A stretch of 64,000 bases of DNA from Desulfobacteraceae bacterium. Lineage in GTDB: Bacteria; Desulfobacterota; Desulfobacteria; Desulfobacterales; JACKCP01. The notes below the pieces were generated by a model that saw only the letters and a list, made by a program, of their open reading frames with translations, searched no databases and was not told the DNA's origin. Each line of letters starts with the position of its first letter. Positions within the stretch are counted from its first letter, which is position 1. The translations under genes were made by a program, and so were the position numbers. Positions 49,828 through 58,127 of the stretch are shown one piece after another. The stretch lies in contig JBFWJK010000001.1 in assembly GCA_050253255.1 (NCBI GenBank), positions 2,165 through 66,164 on the forward strand. Direction: 5' to 3'.

Positions 49828-51531
49828 ATGATTCTTTTCAATCCCAAAGAGCACAACATAAAATACAGTGATGAAAAAACACGAGACATGATGCAGAAGG
49901 TAATTGACTATTTTGAAGACAAGGGTCTCAAGTCAATTAAAAAAGACTGGCATGAAAAGGTCTGGAACCATGATTTTGTAAAATTCATGAAAGAAAACCA
50001 GGTCATGGCAACTCTTATGACTCCTTCAGGATACGGAGCTGAAGATTCAAGATGGGATACTTTCAGGAACTCCATGTTTGCTGAAGTTTCCGCATTTTAC
50101 GGGATCACATACTGGTATACATTCCAGGTTTCAATGCTTGGACTTGGACCAATCTGGATGGGATCGAACGAAGAAGTAAAAAACAAGACAGCAAAACTTC
50201 TTCAGGACGGTGAAGTATTTGCTTTCGGACTTTCAGAAAAAGAGCACGGAGCTGACATCTATTCATCTGATATGATGCTTTATCCTCAGGAAGACGGAAC
50301 ATACAAGGCAAACGGGGATAAGTACTACATTGGAAACGGAAACGAAGCAGCCATTGCTTCAACATTTGGTAAAATTGCAGACAGCGGTGAATATGTATTT
50401 TTTGCTGCAAACAGCAAGCATGAAAAATATGAGTGCGTTAAAAATACAGTTAATGAGCAAAATTATGTTGCTGAGTATGTTCTTCACGATTATCCGATCA
50501 CAGAAGCAGACATAATGGAAAAAGGCCCTAAAGCCTGGGATAACATGCTCAACACCATCAACGTATGTAAATTCAACCTTGGATGGGGTTCTCTTGGACT
50601 TGCAACCCATGCATTCTATGAAGCCATCTCCCATGCTGCGGGAAGAAATCTTTACGGCAAATATGTAACAGACTTTCCACATGTAAAAAGAATTTTTGTG
50701 GATTCCTACAGCCGTCTTATTGCAATGAAAGTATTTTCTGAAAGAGCAATAGACTACATGAGATCAGGAAGCGAAAAAGACAGAAGATATCTTCTTTTCA
50801 ACCCAATGGTTAAGATGAAGGTTACAAGAGAAGGTGAAGGGGTTGTTCAGGCTCTGTGGGATGTTATTGCAGCCAAGGGATTTGAGGCAGAGCCTTTCTT
50901 TGAAATTGCGGCCCATGAAACCCCAATGCTTCCAAAACTTGAAGGTACTGTTCATGTGAATATGGCTCTTATCGTAAAATTTATGAACAACTACCTCTTT
51001 AATCCTGGTGAGTTCCCTGAAATCGGAAAAAGACACGATACTGTAAATGACGATTTTCTTTTCAATCAGGGACCAACAAAAGGTCTTGGTTCAATTCAGT
51101 TCCATGATTACAGCAAGGCTTATGATTCAGCTGATACTCCAAACCTTGCAGTTTTCAAAGAGCAGATAAAGGCATTCAGAAATTTCCTTATCAAGGCAAC
51201 TCCTGATAAAAATCAGGCAAAAGATATTGATTATCTTCTTAATCTCGGAGATATTTTCTGCCTTATTCCTTATGGTCAGCTTATCCTTGAAAACAAGGAT
51301 CATATGGGAGTAACAGATGAGATGCTCGATCAGATTTTTGATTTCATGATAAGAGATTTTTCAAAATATGCTACAGATCTTATGATGAAGCCAAGCAACA
51401 GTGATGATCAGAGAGAGCTTGCAAAAGCAATCTTGAGATCACCTGTTCCAAACCCGGAAAGATTCAATAAAATCTGGGATGAAGTATACAGCCTTAAAGA
51501 TGCATACAGAATGAAAGATCAGGATTTTTAA
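49828..51531 (+). CDS. Long-form acyl-CoA dehydrogenase family protein
   Basis: 567 aa from the ATG at 49828 (GGGGAG RBS). ACAD middle-domain pattern (FAFGLSEKEHGADIYSSDM...YYIGNG). Substrate unknown. Confidence 0.8.
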   Translation: MILFNPKEHNIKYSDEKTRDMMQKVIDYFEDKGLKSIKKDWHEKVWNHDFVKFMKENQVMATLMTPSGYGAEDSRWDTFRNSMFAEVSAFYGITYWYTFQVSMLGLGPIWMGSNEEVKNKTAKLLQDGEVFAFGLSEKEHGADIYSSDMMLYPQEDGTYKANGDKYYIGNGNEAAIASTFGKIADSGEYVFFAANSKHEKYECVKNTVNEQNYVAEYVLHDYPITEADIMEKGPKAWDNMLNTINVCKFNLGWGSLGLATHAFYEAISHAAGRNLYGKYVTDFPHVKRIFVDSYSRLIAMKVFSERAIDYMRSGSEKDRRYLLFNPMVKMKVTREGEGVVQALWDVIAAKGFEAEPFFEIAAHETPMLPKLEGTVHVNMALIVKFMNNYLFNPGEFPEIGKRHDTVNDDFLFNQGPTKGLGSIQFHDYSKAYDSADTPNLAVFKEQIKAFRNFLIKATPDKNQAKDIDYLLNLGDIFCLIPYGQLILENKDHMGVTDEMLDQIFDFMIRDFSKYATDLMMKPSNSDDQRELAKAILRSPVPNPERFNKIWDEVYSLKDAYRMKDQDF

Positions 51532-51554
51532 GTAAATCTTCTCCATAAAGAAAT

Positions 51555-51581
51555 AAGGCTTCTGAAAAAATCAGAAGCCTT
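51555..51581 (+). terminator. Terminator hairpin after the acyl-CoA dehydrogenase gene
   Basis: AAGGCTTCTGA (51555-51565) pairs with TCAGAAGCCTT (51571-51581), followed by ATTTACTTT. Confidence 0.6.
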
Positions 51582-51613
51582 ATTTACTTTGCCTGTGGTT
51601 AGCAATTAATGCC

Positions 51614-52510
51614 TTATTCCTGAAAAAGATTTGTTCTTGCAAGATTTCTGACCGCAAGAACAGCAGGGTGCTTAAGACGCCGCTCATGCGAGACAGCGAA
51701 AAATTTTATGGTTTCAACCCTTGAGCTTCCTAAGACCATAACCCCGTACTGTCTGACAACTTCCTCTGCAATTACAGACGGAACCGGAAAAACCCCAAGC
51801 CCTGAATGTCCAAAAGCCTTAAGAAGAGAAGTGTCTTCAAATTCTGCAACAATTTTGGGTCTGAGCTGATTTTTTGAAAGCCACTGGTTTACAACAGCTC
51901 TTAAAGATGTTCCTTCTGAGGGCATAAGGAAAGGTGCGTTTTGAAGTGATTGCGGAAAATTTTCCTTTAAAGCTTTGTAAAGAGAAGGACTAGCGCAAAA
52001 ACTCACACCTGACTGCCCCAGCTCATGATTGTAAGCCTTTACTCCAAGTTCCCTGGGCAGAGTCTGATCTGCAATTACAAGGTCAAGATGATGAATTGCA
52101 AGCTCGCCGAAAAGCCGGTCAGGCTTGTCATTATGGCAGATAAGCCGGATTGGCTCTGAAAGATTAACTGCTGCACTCAGCAGCTGATATGCCATGGATT
52201 TTGGAACAGTATCCACAACTCCGACTCTGAAAAAAAAACCTTCACTTACAGCACCGTCCCTTACAAGAACTTCTATTTCATTGCCTATCTGAAAGATGTC
52301 ATCGGCACGGGATAAAACAACTTCGCCCGCCTGTGTAAGTTCAAGCCTTTTCCCTACCCTTCTGAAAAGATGGGTATCCAGTGATTTTTCCAGTTCACCA
52401 ACCTGGTGACTGATAGTCTGGGGAGTTATATTGAGCCGTTCGGAAGCGCGGATTACTCCCCCTGATTTAACGACATTCCAGAAATAATAAAGCTGTTTGT
52501 AGTTTAACAT
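51614..52510 (-). CDS. LysR-family transcriptional regulator
   Basis: 298 aa. HTH N-terminus LNYKQLYYFWNVVKSGGVIRASERLNITPQTISHQVGELE plus the LysR substrate-binding domain. It is divergent from purE. Confidence 0.9.
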   Translation of the reverse strand: MLNYKQLYYFWNVVKSGGVIRASERLNITPQTISHQVGELEKSLDTHLFRRVGKRLELTQAGEVVLSRADDIFQIGNEIEVLVRDGAVSEGFFFRVGVVDTVPKSMAYQLLSAAVNLSEPIRLICHNDKPDRLFGELAIHHLDLVIADQTLPRELGVKAYNHELGQSGVSFCASPSLYKALKENFPQSLQNAPFLMPSEGTSLRAVVNQWLSKNQLRPKIVAEFEDTSLLKAFGHSGLGVFPVPSVIAEEVVRQYGVMVLGSSRVETIKFFAVSHERRLKHPAVLAVRNLARTNLFQE

Positions 52511-52714
52511 TTTGTGAACCCGTTAGTAATTATCAGTTTATATCGAACAATATATCAAAATAATACGACTTTTATTTTATATTGGCAAGGTGTATAAAAA
52601 TTTTCTCAAAACCTAAGAATGCTAATAAACAAGGTATACAGCATTTTAAAAGCTGAATGTCGAAAAATATCGAAAAGACATGAAACTTATTATCAGTACA
52701 ATGAAAGGATTGAG

Positions 52715-53410
52715 ATGGAGTTAATTGTCATAGTTTTAATTTATGGATCAGCAGCTTTATTTTTAAGTTCAAATCTCTGTCTTTCTGCCGTTTTAAGCGG
52801 CATATCAAAGTCTGAAAGCTTTTCATGCGGGTGCGGCTCTTCCGGAACCGAAAAAAAGGATATGAAACCATCCCCGGAACAGGAAATGCCGGCCTGCATG
52901 AAAAACTCAAATACAAAGACCCCACTGGTTGGAATAATCATGGGTTCCAGATCAGACTGGGAAACAATGATCCACGCTGCCAAAACACTTGAAAAGCTCG
53001 GTATTTCCCATGAAGTGGAAATTGTTTCAGCACACCGGACTCCTGACAGACTTTTTTCCTATGTGGAATCTGCGGAAGAAAGAGGAATGGATATCATTAT
53101 TGCAGGTGCAGGCGGTGCAGCCCATCTGCCGGGTATGGCTGCATCAAAATGCATTCTTCCTGTACTTGGAGTGCCCGTTCAGTCAAAGGCTTTGAATGGG
53201 ATGGATTCCCTTTTGTCCATAGTGCAGATGCCGGCCGGAATTCCAGTTGGAACTCTTGCAATAGGAAGAGCCGGAGCTGTGAATGCAGCTCTTCTTGCTG
53301 CAGGCATGCTTGGAAGATTTTATCCGGAAATTCGTCAGTCTCTTATTGATTACAGGAAAAATCAAACCGAGGAAGTACTGGCACAAAGTGATCCTGGAAG
53401 GGATTACTGA
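52715..53410 (+). CDS. purE: N5-carboxyaminoimidazole ribonucleotide mutase (class I PurE), start uncertain
   Basis: The core [13 protein letters not shown]...[11 protein letters not shown]...[16 protein letters not shown]...VLGVPV...[17 protein letters not shown] is nearly co-linear with E. coli PurE. The frame is open back to 52619. Candidate starts are 52715 (best RBS, GAAAGGA), 52862, 52886 and 52898. Confidence 0.85.
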   Translation: MELIVIVLIYGSAALFLSSNLCLSAVLSGISKSESFSCGCGSSGTEKKDMKPSPEQEMPACMKNSNTKTPLVGIIMGSRSDWETMIHAAKTLEKLGISHEVEIVSAHRTPDRLFSYVESAEERGMDIIIAGAGGAAHLPGMAASKCILPVLGVPVQSKALNGMDSLLSIVQMPAGIPVGTLAIGRAGAVNAALLAAGMLGRFYPEIRQSLIDYRKNQTEEVLAQSDPGRDY

Positions 53411-54498
53411 TGAAAACAGGTATACTTGGCGGAGGCCAGCTTGCAGGAATGCTTGTCATGGCAGGAATACCCCTTGGGTTTGATTTTACAGTACTTGCAC
53501 CGGACAGCGAGTCCTGCGCAGCACAGTATGGAAAACTGCTGCGGTCAGATTACAGTGATAAAAAGGCTCTGCATGATCTGGCGGACTGGTCTGATCTGAT
53601 AACCTTTGAGTTTGAAAATATTCCGGCTGAGTCAATAAATTATCTTGAGCGGTATACTATTGTACGCCCTGGGCTAAAAGCACTCAAGACGGCCCAGGAC
53701 AGACTCCATGAAAAAGAATTTTTTTCCGGTCTTGGAATACCCTGTGTACCTTTTTATCCGGTAAACTCTCTAAAAGATCTTTATAAGGCTGCTGATATAA
53801 TTGGACTTCCTGCAGTATTAAAATGCCGCACCCATGGATATGACGGAAAAGGTCAGATTGTTTTACGTCATATTGAAGAATCTGAATCAGCCTTTAATCT
53901 TCTTGGCGGTCAGCCGGGAATTCTTGAAAAGCTTATTGATTTTGACAGAGAGATTTCAGTTGTTGCTGCCCGGAGCATATCCGGGGAAACAGCTTTCTAC
54001 ACTATATCAGAAAACATTCATCATAATGGAATTCTTCGTCTTGCCATGAGTCATCCTTGTGATCCTGTTCAGTCAAGGGCTGAATTCTATGCCGGACTTC
54101 TGCTGGAGAAGCTCAATTATGCAGGAGTGCTGGCTCTTGAATTTTTTCAGACTGGAGACAGTCTGATTGCAAATGAATACGCTCCAAGGGTTCATAATTC
54201 AGGACACTGGACCATAGAAGGAGCAAAGACAAGTCAGTTTGAAAATCATTTAAGGGCCATATCAGGGATGCGCCTTGGCTCAACAGCTCTGAAGAGTGTT
54301 GCAGCCACTGTAAACCTTATTGGTTCTGTTCCGGATAGAGCACAGATACCTGGAAACAGCAATATTTATCTGCATGATTACGGCAAGGCCCCAAGACCAG
54401 GTAGGAAAGTGGGCCATATCACTGTATGTGCAGACAACATGAGGGATCTTGGTAAGCTTGTGCCGGAATTTTTAATCCGGCAGGAACTGATGAAGTGA
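53410..54498 (+). CDS. purK: N5-carboxyaminoimidazole ribonucleotide synthase (ATP-grasp)
   Basis: 362 aa. GILGGGQLAGML N-terminus, ATP-grasp core (GYDGKGQ), and NEYAPRVHNSGHWTIEG. Its start overlaps the purE stop (TGATG). Confidence 0.9.
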   Translation: MKTGILGGGQLAGMLVMAGIPLGFDFTVLAPDSESCAAQYGKLLRSDYSDKKALHDLADWSDLITFEFENIPAESINYLERYTIVRPGLKALKTAQDRLHEKEFFSGLGIPCVPFYPVNSLKDLYKAADIIGLPAVLKCRTHGYDGKGQIVLRHIEESESAFNLLGGQPGILEKLIDFDREISVVAARSISGETAFYTISENIHHNGILRLAMSHPCDPVQSRAEFYAGLLLEKLNYAGVLALEFFQTGDSLIANEYAPRVHNSGHWTIEGAKTSQFENHLRAISGMRLGSTALKSVAATVNLIGSVPDRAQIPGNSNIYLHDYGKAPRPGRKVGHITVCADNMRDLGKLVPEFLIRQELMK

Positions 54499-54549
54499 TT
54501 GTTTTTTCCTGAATTGGTCATAATCAGAATTTTAAAAAGGAGGAGATGG

Positions 54550-55134
54550 ATGAGAGATTCAACTTACAAGGTAGCTGCAGGACCGGAAGGTTACTTACCG
54601 CCTGCTGCCGCTGTAATGGGTGTTGAGCTTCCCGACCCGGGACAGGCTATTATGGAAGGTGAGTGTGTTGATCAGGATACTGCCATGAAGGCAATAGCCA
54701 GCAAGCTTGTTTCTGCTGAAAATCCGGTTTTTTTCCCGGGCCCGCTTATTTTATGGGACTGGAAACCCGGTGTAGCGGAAAAGGCGGCGGCACTTAAAGC
54801 TCTTGCCGAAGCAGTGGGTGCGAAGATGATACCTATGCCAGATTATCGGCCAAAATATCCGATGATTAATCCTGCTATTGAAGTCAATCCGAATCATCCG
54901 AACCTGACAATAGTCCATAACAAGATAGATGTATGCCTGTTTATTGGTGTTCACTGTCATTACGCAAACATTGCATTGAAGATAATCAGGGGAGGAACAG
55001 ACTGCTATACAATTGCGGTTTGTGCCGAGGCAGGTCATGAGGAAGCCATGATATCACTGCGTGACGCAGGTATCTGTGAACTTCAGCGTTTGCGTGAACT
55101 TGTAATTGAACTGAAAGGCGGGATGAGCAGATGA
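54550..55134 (+). CDS. Unknown ~194-aa protein translationally coupled to the OFOR alpha gene (possible extra OFOR subunit)
   Basis: ATG at 54550 is preceded by AGGAGG, and the stop overlaps the alpha-subunit ATG (ATGA 55131-55134). From memory it loosely resembles CdhB (ACS/CODH epsilon)-type or DHS-like folds (ENPVFFPGP...DVCLFIGVHCHY). Unverified. Confidence 0.5.
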   Translation: MRDSTYKVAAGPEGYLPPAAAVMGVELPDPGQAIMEGECVDQDTAMKAIASKLVSAENPVFFPGPLILWDWKPGVAEKAAALKALAEAVGAKMIPMPDYRPKYPMINPAIEVNPNHPNLTIVHNKIDVCLFIGVHCHYANIALKIIRGGTDCYTIAVCAEAGHEEAMISLRDAGICELQRLRELVIELKGGMSR

Positions 55135-56270
55135 TAGAACAGAAAATTGTCGATCCGGATTACCTTTTTTTTGAGGCGCAAAGAACAAGTCAGTACATTA
55201 CCGGAAGTGAGGCTGTGAGAGAAGCTATAAAAAGAGCCAATGTGGATATGGCCATAGCCTATCCAATCACTCCCCAGTCTGAAAGCATGCATCTGGTTGG
55301 AGACATTTATGCAGAAGGCTATGTAAAGGAATATTTGAGAGGTGAAAACGAGTTTGCAGTAATGTCGGCTGTTGCAGGTGCATCAATGGCAGGAGTGAGG
55401 GTTTTCACGGCAACAGGAGGTCCGGGAACCATGAGGGCCTTTGAAGTATTTCCAACCTGGGCAGGAGCAAGGCTTCCTGTTGTATGTGCCTTCATGACCC
55501 GGGGAATCAACTCTCCTCTTACAATTCAGCCTGACACCATTGAAATGGCATATCTCCTTGAGACAGGTATTTTAATGCTCCATGCTGAAAATGCACAGGA
55601 TCTGCATGATATGCTTTTAATGGCCTTTATGGTGGCTGAAAAAACAGACGTGCATATTCCTGTGGGAGTGTTTGCAGACGGTTTTTTTGTAACCCATACA
55701 AGGGACAGGGTTGATATTCTTCCTGAGGACGTAAAGCTTCCGGGATATGATCCTTATACAGCCCCGGTTCCTGTCATGGATATGGAAAATGTTCCTGTAA
55801 GACAGATGCGCGATCCCTTTGTAATGAAGAGTAACTTCATGAGCTATGCCTGTCATGCTTCCTGGCAGCAGGAGATAGATGCGGCAGCAGAACGCTCACG
55901 TAAATACCTGAGACAGTATCTTGGCTCTCTTATAGATGTTGAAAATGAGGACTCAGACATCCTTGTCATAACTTCTGGTACAGCAGTGAGCCAGAGTCGT
56001 GAAGCCATAATTACAGCCCGTGAACAGGGACTTGATGCGGGTCTTGTGAAGATAAAAACAATACGCCCTTTCCCGGGAGAAGAAATTCGCGCTCTTGCAT
56101 CAAAGGCAAAGAAAATAATTGTACCCGAATTCAACAGGGCAGGCTGGCTTGCAAAGGAAATCCGCAATGTTATAGACGAACCCCGCAAGGTTGTCGGTGC
56201 ACCAAGAGTTTTCGGAGGAATGACAATGCCGCCGGAGCTTATACTCGATGAAATAAGGAGGATCAGATAA
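55131..56270 (+). CDS. 2-oxoacid:ferredoxin oxidoreductase alpha subunit
   Basis: 379 aa. GSEAV...AIAYPITPQSE...FTATGGPGT motifs of Por/Vor/Kor alpha subunits. Confidence 0.9.
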   Translation: MIEQKIVDPDYLFFEAQRTSQYITGSEAVREAIKRANVDMAIAYPITPQSESMHLVGDIYAEGYVKEYLRGENEFAVMSAVAGASMAGVRVFTATGGPGTMRAFEVFPTWAGARLPVVCAFMTRGINSPLTIQPDTIEMAYLLETGILMLHAENAQDLHDMLLMAFMVAEKTDVHIPVGVFADGFFVTHTRDRVDILPEDVKLPGYDPYTAPVPVMDMENVPVRQMRDPFVMKSNFMSYACHASWQQEIDAAAERSRKYLRQYLGSLIDVENEDSDILVITSGTAVSQSREAIITAREQGLDAGLVKIKTIRPFPGEEIRALASKAKKIIVPEFNRAGWLAKEIRNVIDEPRKVVGAPRVFGGMTMPPELILDEIRRIR

Positions 56271-57124
56271 TGAAAACCGGAATGCTTAAAATATCTCCGG
56301 GATTTGAGGATATCATGCCTGAGGAATACCGGGAACTTGTGGACAACGGTCCCTACGGTAAAAACTACGGCATAGGTGATCTTGGATCTTTCAAGGAGCT
56401 TCTTGAAGAACATCCCCTTTGTGCAGGCTGCGGCCTTGCCCTTTCCTTAAGACTTACACTTGCTTCACTTCCCATGCCTGAAGAAACCGTGATTGTAGGT
56501 TCAACAGGATGCAGTGCCCTTGCCTTTCCACAGGTGGCCCTTCACAATATTCATTCTCTGTTTGGTAACCAGAATGCTGTTGCTACCGGAGTGAAGCGTG
56601 CCTTAAAGCTTCGTTTCCCGGACAAGGAAAAAGATGTGGTTGTTATTGCAGGAGACGGAGCCACGGCAGACATAGGTCTTGATATGGTTATGCAGTCCTG
56701 GCTGAGAAGGGAGAACATCACCACAATAATGCTTGATAATGAGGCCTATGCAAACACAGGCGGTCAGGAAAGCGGAATGTCCATGCCTGGAACCGTTCTT
56801 AATATGGCGCCAACCGGTAAAAAATTTCCCAAGCTTTCCCTTCCTGAAATTGCACATACTTCAGGCTGTGACTATGTAGCAGCAGTTTCACCTGCAAAGC
56901 CAAAACAGCTTGCAAAGGCTGTCAGGCGTGCAATTCTTGTGGCCCGTAAAATCGGACCCACCTATGTACAGATATTCAGCCCGTGTCCGACAAATTACAA
57001 GTTAAACCCCAAAGAAACCGTTTCTGTAATCAGACAGAGGGAAAAAGACGGCCTTTATCAGACAAAAGAGTTTGTATCAGAGGAAGCACAGGCATTTCTC
57101 AATACTGTTGAGGAGAAAAAATGA
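56270..57124 (+). CDS. 2-oxoacid:ferredoxin oxidoreductase beta (TPP-binding) subunit
   Basis: 284 aa. CAGCG, GSTGCS and the TPP motif IAGDGATADIGLD...LDNEAYANTGGQ. The start overlaps the alpha stop (TAATG). Confidence 0.9.
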   Translation: MKTGMLKISPGFEDIMPEEYRELVDNGPYGKNYGIGDLGSFKELLEEHPLCAGCGLALSLRLTLASLPMPEETVIVGSTGCSALAFPQVALHNIHSLFGNQNAVATGVKRALKLRFPDKEKDVVVIAGDGATADIGLDMVMQSWLRRENITTIMLDNEAYANTGGQESGMSMPGTVLNMAPTGKKFPKLSLPEIAHTSGCDYVAAVSPAKPKQLAKAVRRAILVARKIGPTYVQIFSPCPTNYKLNPKETVSVIRQREKDGLYQTKEFVSEEAQAFLNTVEEKK

Positions 57125-57810
57125 AATCAATAGAAAAAAACTTTATACGTATGTCCGGCCTTGGAGGCCAGGGTGCAGTGACAGCGGCACATATACTTGG
57201 AAGCGCAGCCAATAAAGACGGACTGGAAAGTACTGTCAATCCCTTTTTCGGTGCTGAAAAGCGTCTTGCTCCTGCGGAAAGTTATGTGCGCATATCTTCA
57301 CAAAAGGTTTATGAAAAGGGAGAGGTGCTTTATCCCAATACAATAATGATTTTTCATCCCCATGTCATCACCATGGGCAAGTGCTACACCATGCCTTTTT
57401 TTGACGGTCTTCAGGAAGGCGGAGTTCTGCTTATAAATTCTGATGAACCGCTTTCTCTTCGTGATGAGGATCTCAGACTTCTTGCAGATCTGAAAGCAAA
57501 AATCTACTACGTGCCTGCAACAAAAATTGCAACCGAAGTTGCAGGATCAGAGCTTTCTACAAACATAGCAATGCTTGGAGGACTTTACGGTATAAAAAAA
57601 CTTACCTCGATTAAATCTCTTAAAGAATCCATGATGGAGCGTTTTGGCGGAGGAAAGTTTGTAGCTTCGGGAAGTACAGCAGCTCTTGATGATGCAGTAA
57701 AGGGAAAATTTGCAAAGGTAAGTCAGATGATTGAGAAAAATATGGAGCTGATTGAAGCAGCAGGCGCGGCTTTGACTGAGTTTTGCCCAGCAGAAGAAAA
57801 GGAGGACTGA
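57121..57810 (+). CDS. 2-oxoacid:ferredoxin oxidoreductase gamma subunit
   Basis: 229 aa. GLGGQGAVTAAHILGSAA, typical of gamma subunits. The start overlaps the beta stop (ATGA). Confidence 0.85.
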   Translation: MKSIEKNFIRMSGLGGQGAVTAAHILGSAANKDGLESTVNPFFGAEKRLAPAESYVRISSQKVYEKGEVLYPNTIMIFHPHVITMGKCYTMPFFDGLQEGGVLLINSDEPLSLRDEDLRLLADLKAKIYYVPATKIATEVAGSELSTNIAMLGGLYGIKKLTSIKSLKESMMERFGGGKFVASGSTAALDDAVKGKFAKVSQMIEKNMELIEAAGAALTEFCPAEEKED

Positions 57811-57813
57811 TTT

Positions 57814-58002
57814 ATGTATTTATCAGCCAGAGTTGATAAAGAAAAGTGTATTGGATGCAGACTTTGCATTACAAGTTGTCCGGAACCCAATGTATTTAAA
57901 TTTCTGCCGGAAGAAAAGCTTGTGGAAGTAAATGACAGCCGATGCAAGGCATGCGGTCTGTGCACCACAGTTTGTCCAAAGGACGCCCTGAAAATCAGCT
58001 GA
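57814..58002 (+). CDS. 2-oxoacid:ferredoxin oxidoreductase delta subunit (2x[4Fe-4S] ferredoxin)
   Basis: 62 aa. CIGCRLCITSCP and CKACGLCTTVCP. It starts 3 nt after the gamma stop. Confidence 0.8.
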   Translation: MYLSARVDKEKCIGCRLCITSCPEPNVFKFLPEEKLVEVNDSRCKACGLCTTVCPKDALKIS

Positions 58003-58038
58003 TCAGTCAGTTTATAAGTGTGTTTTTATTTGTTCCGG

Positions 58039-58058
58039 GGGCGGCACTGATGCCGCCC
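58039..58058 (+). terminator. GC-rich hairpin between the two OFOR gene sets (weak terminator)
   Basis: GGGCGGCA (58039-58046) pairs with TGCCGCCC (58051-58058). Only TT follows. Confidence 0.35.
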
Positions 58059-58127
58059 TTCAAAAATTTGAATGCACATTAATTTAATGCTGCTTTTATA
58101 AGTGCAGCTGGGGTTAGGAGACTCAAC

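Noticed and set aside
52511-52714. Purine riboswitch or clear LysR T-N11-A box upstream of purE
   Set aside because: No match to the conserved purine-riboswitch core that I can recognise. Only a weak AT-rich dyad (ATAT-N8-ATAT near 52541-52556) is present, which is not distinctive at this composition.
52715-53410. Possibility that the PurE-like gene is LarB (a PurE-family enzyme with an N-terminal extension)
   Set aside because: The core is nearly co-linear with canonical class I PurE, including the AHRTPDRLF and GAAHLPGM blocks. It is also translationally coupled to a clear PurK, so PurE is the better call.
55853-56413. 186-aa minus-strand ORF across the OFOR alpha/beta junction
   Set aside because: It is antisense to two genes with clear OFOR motifs. 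Long antisense ORFs are expected in this higher-GC block.
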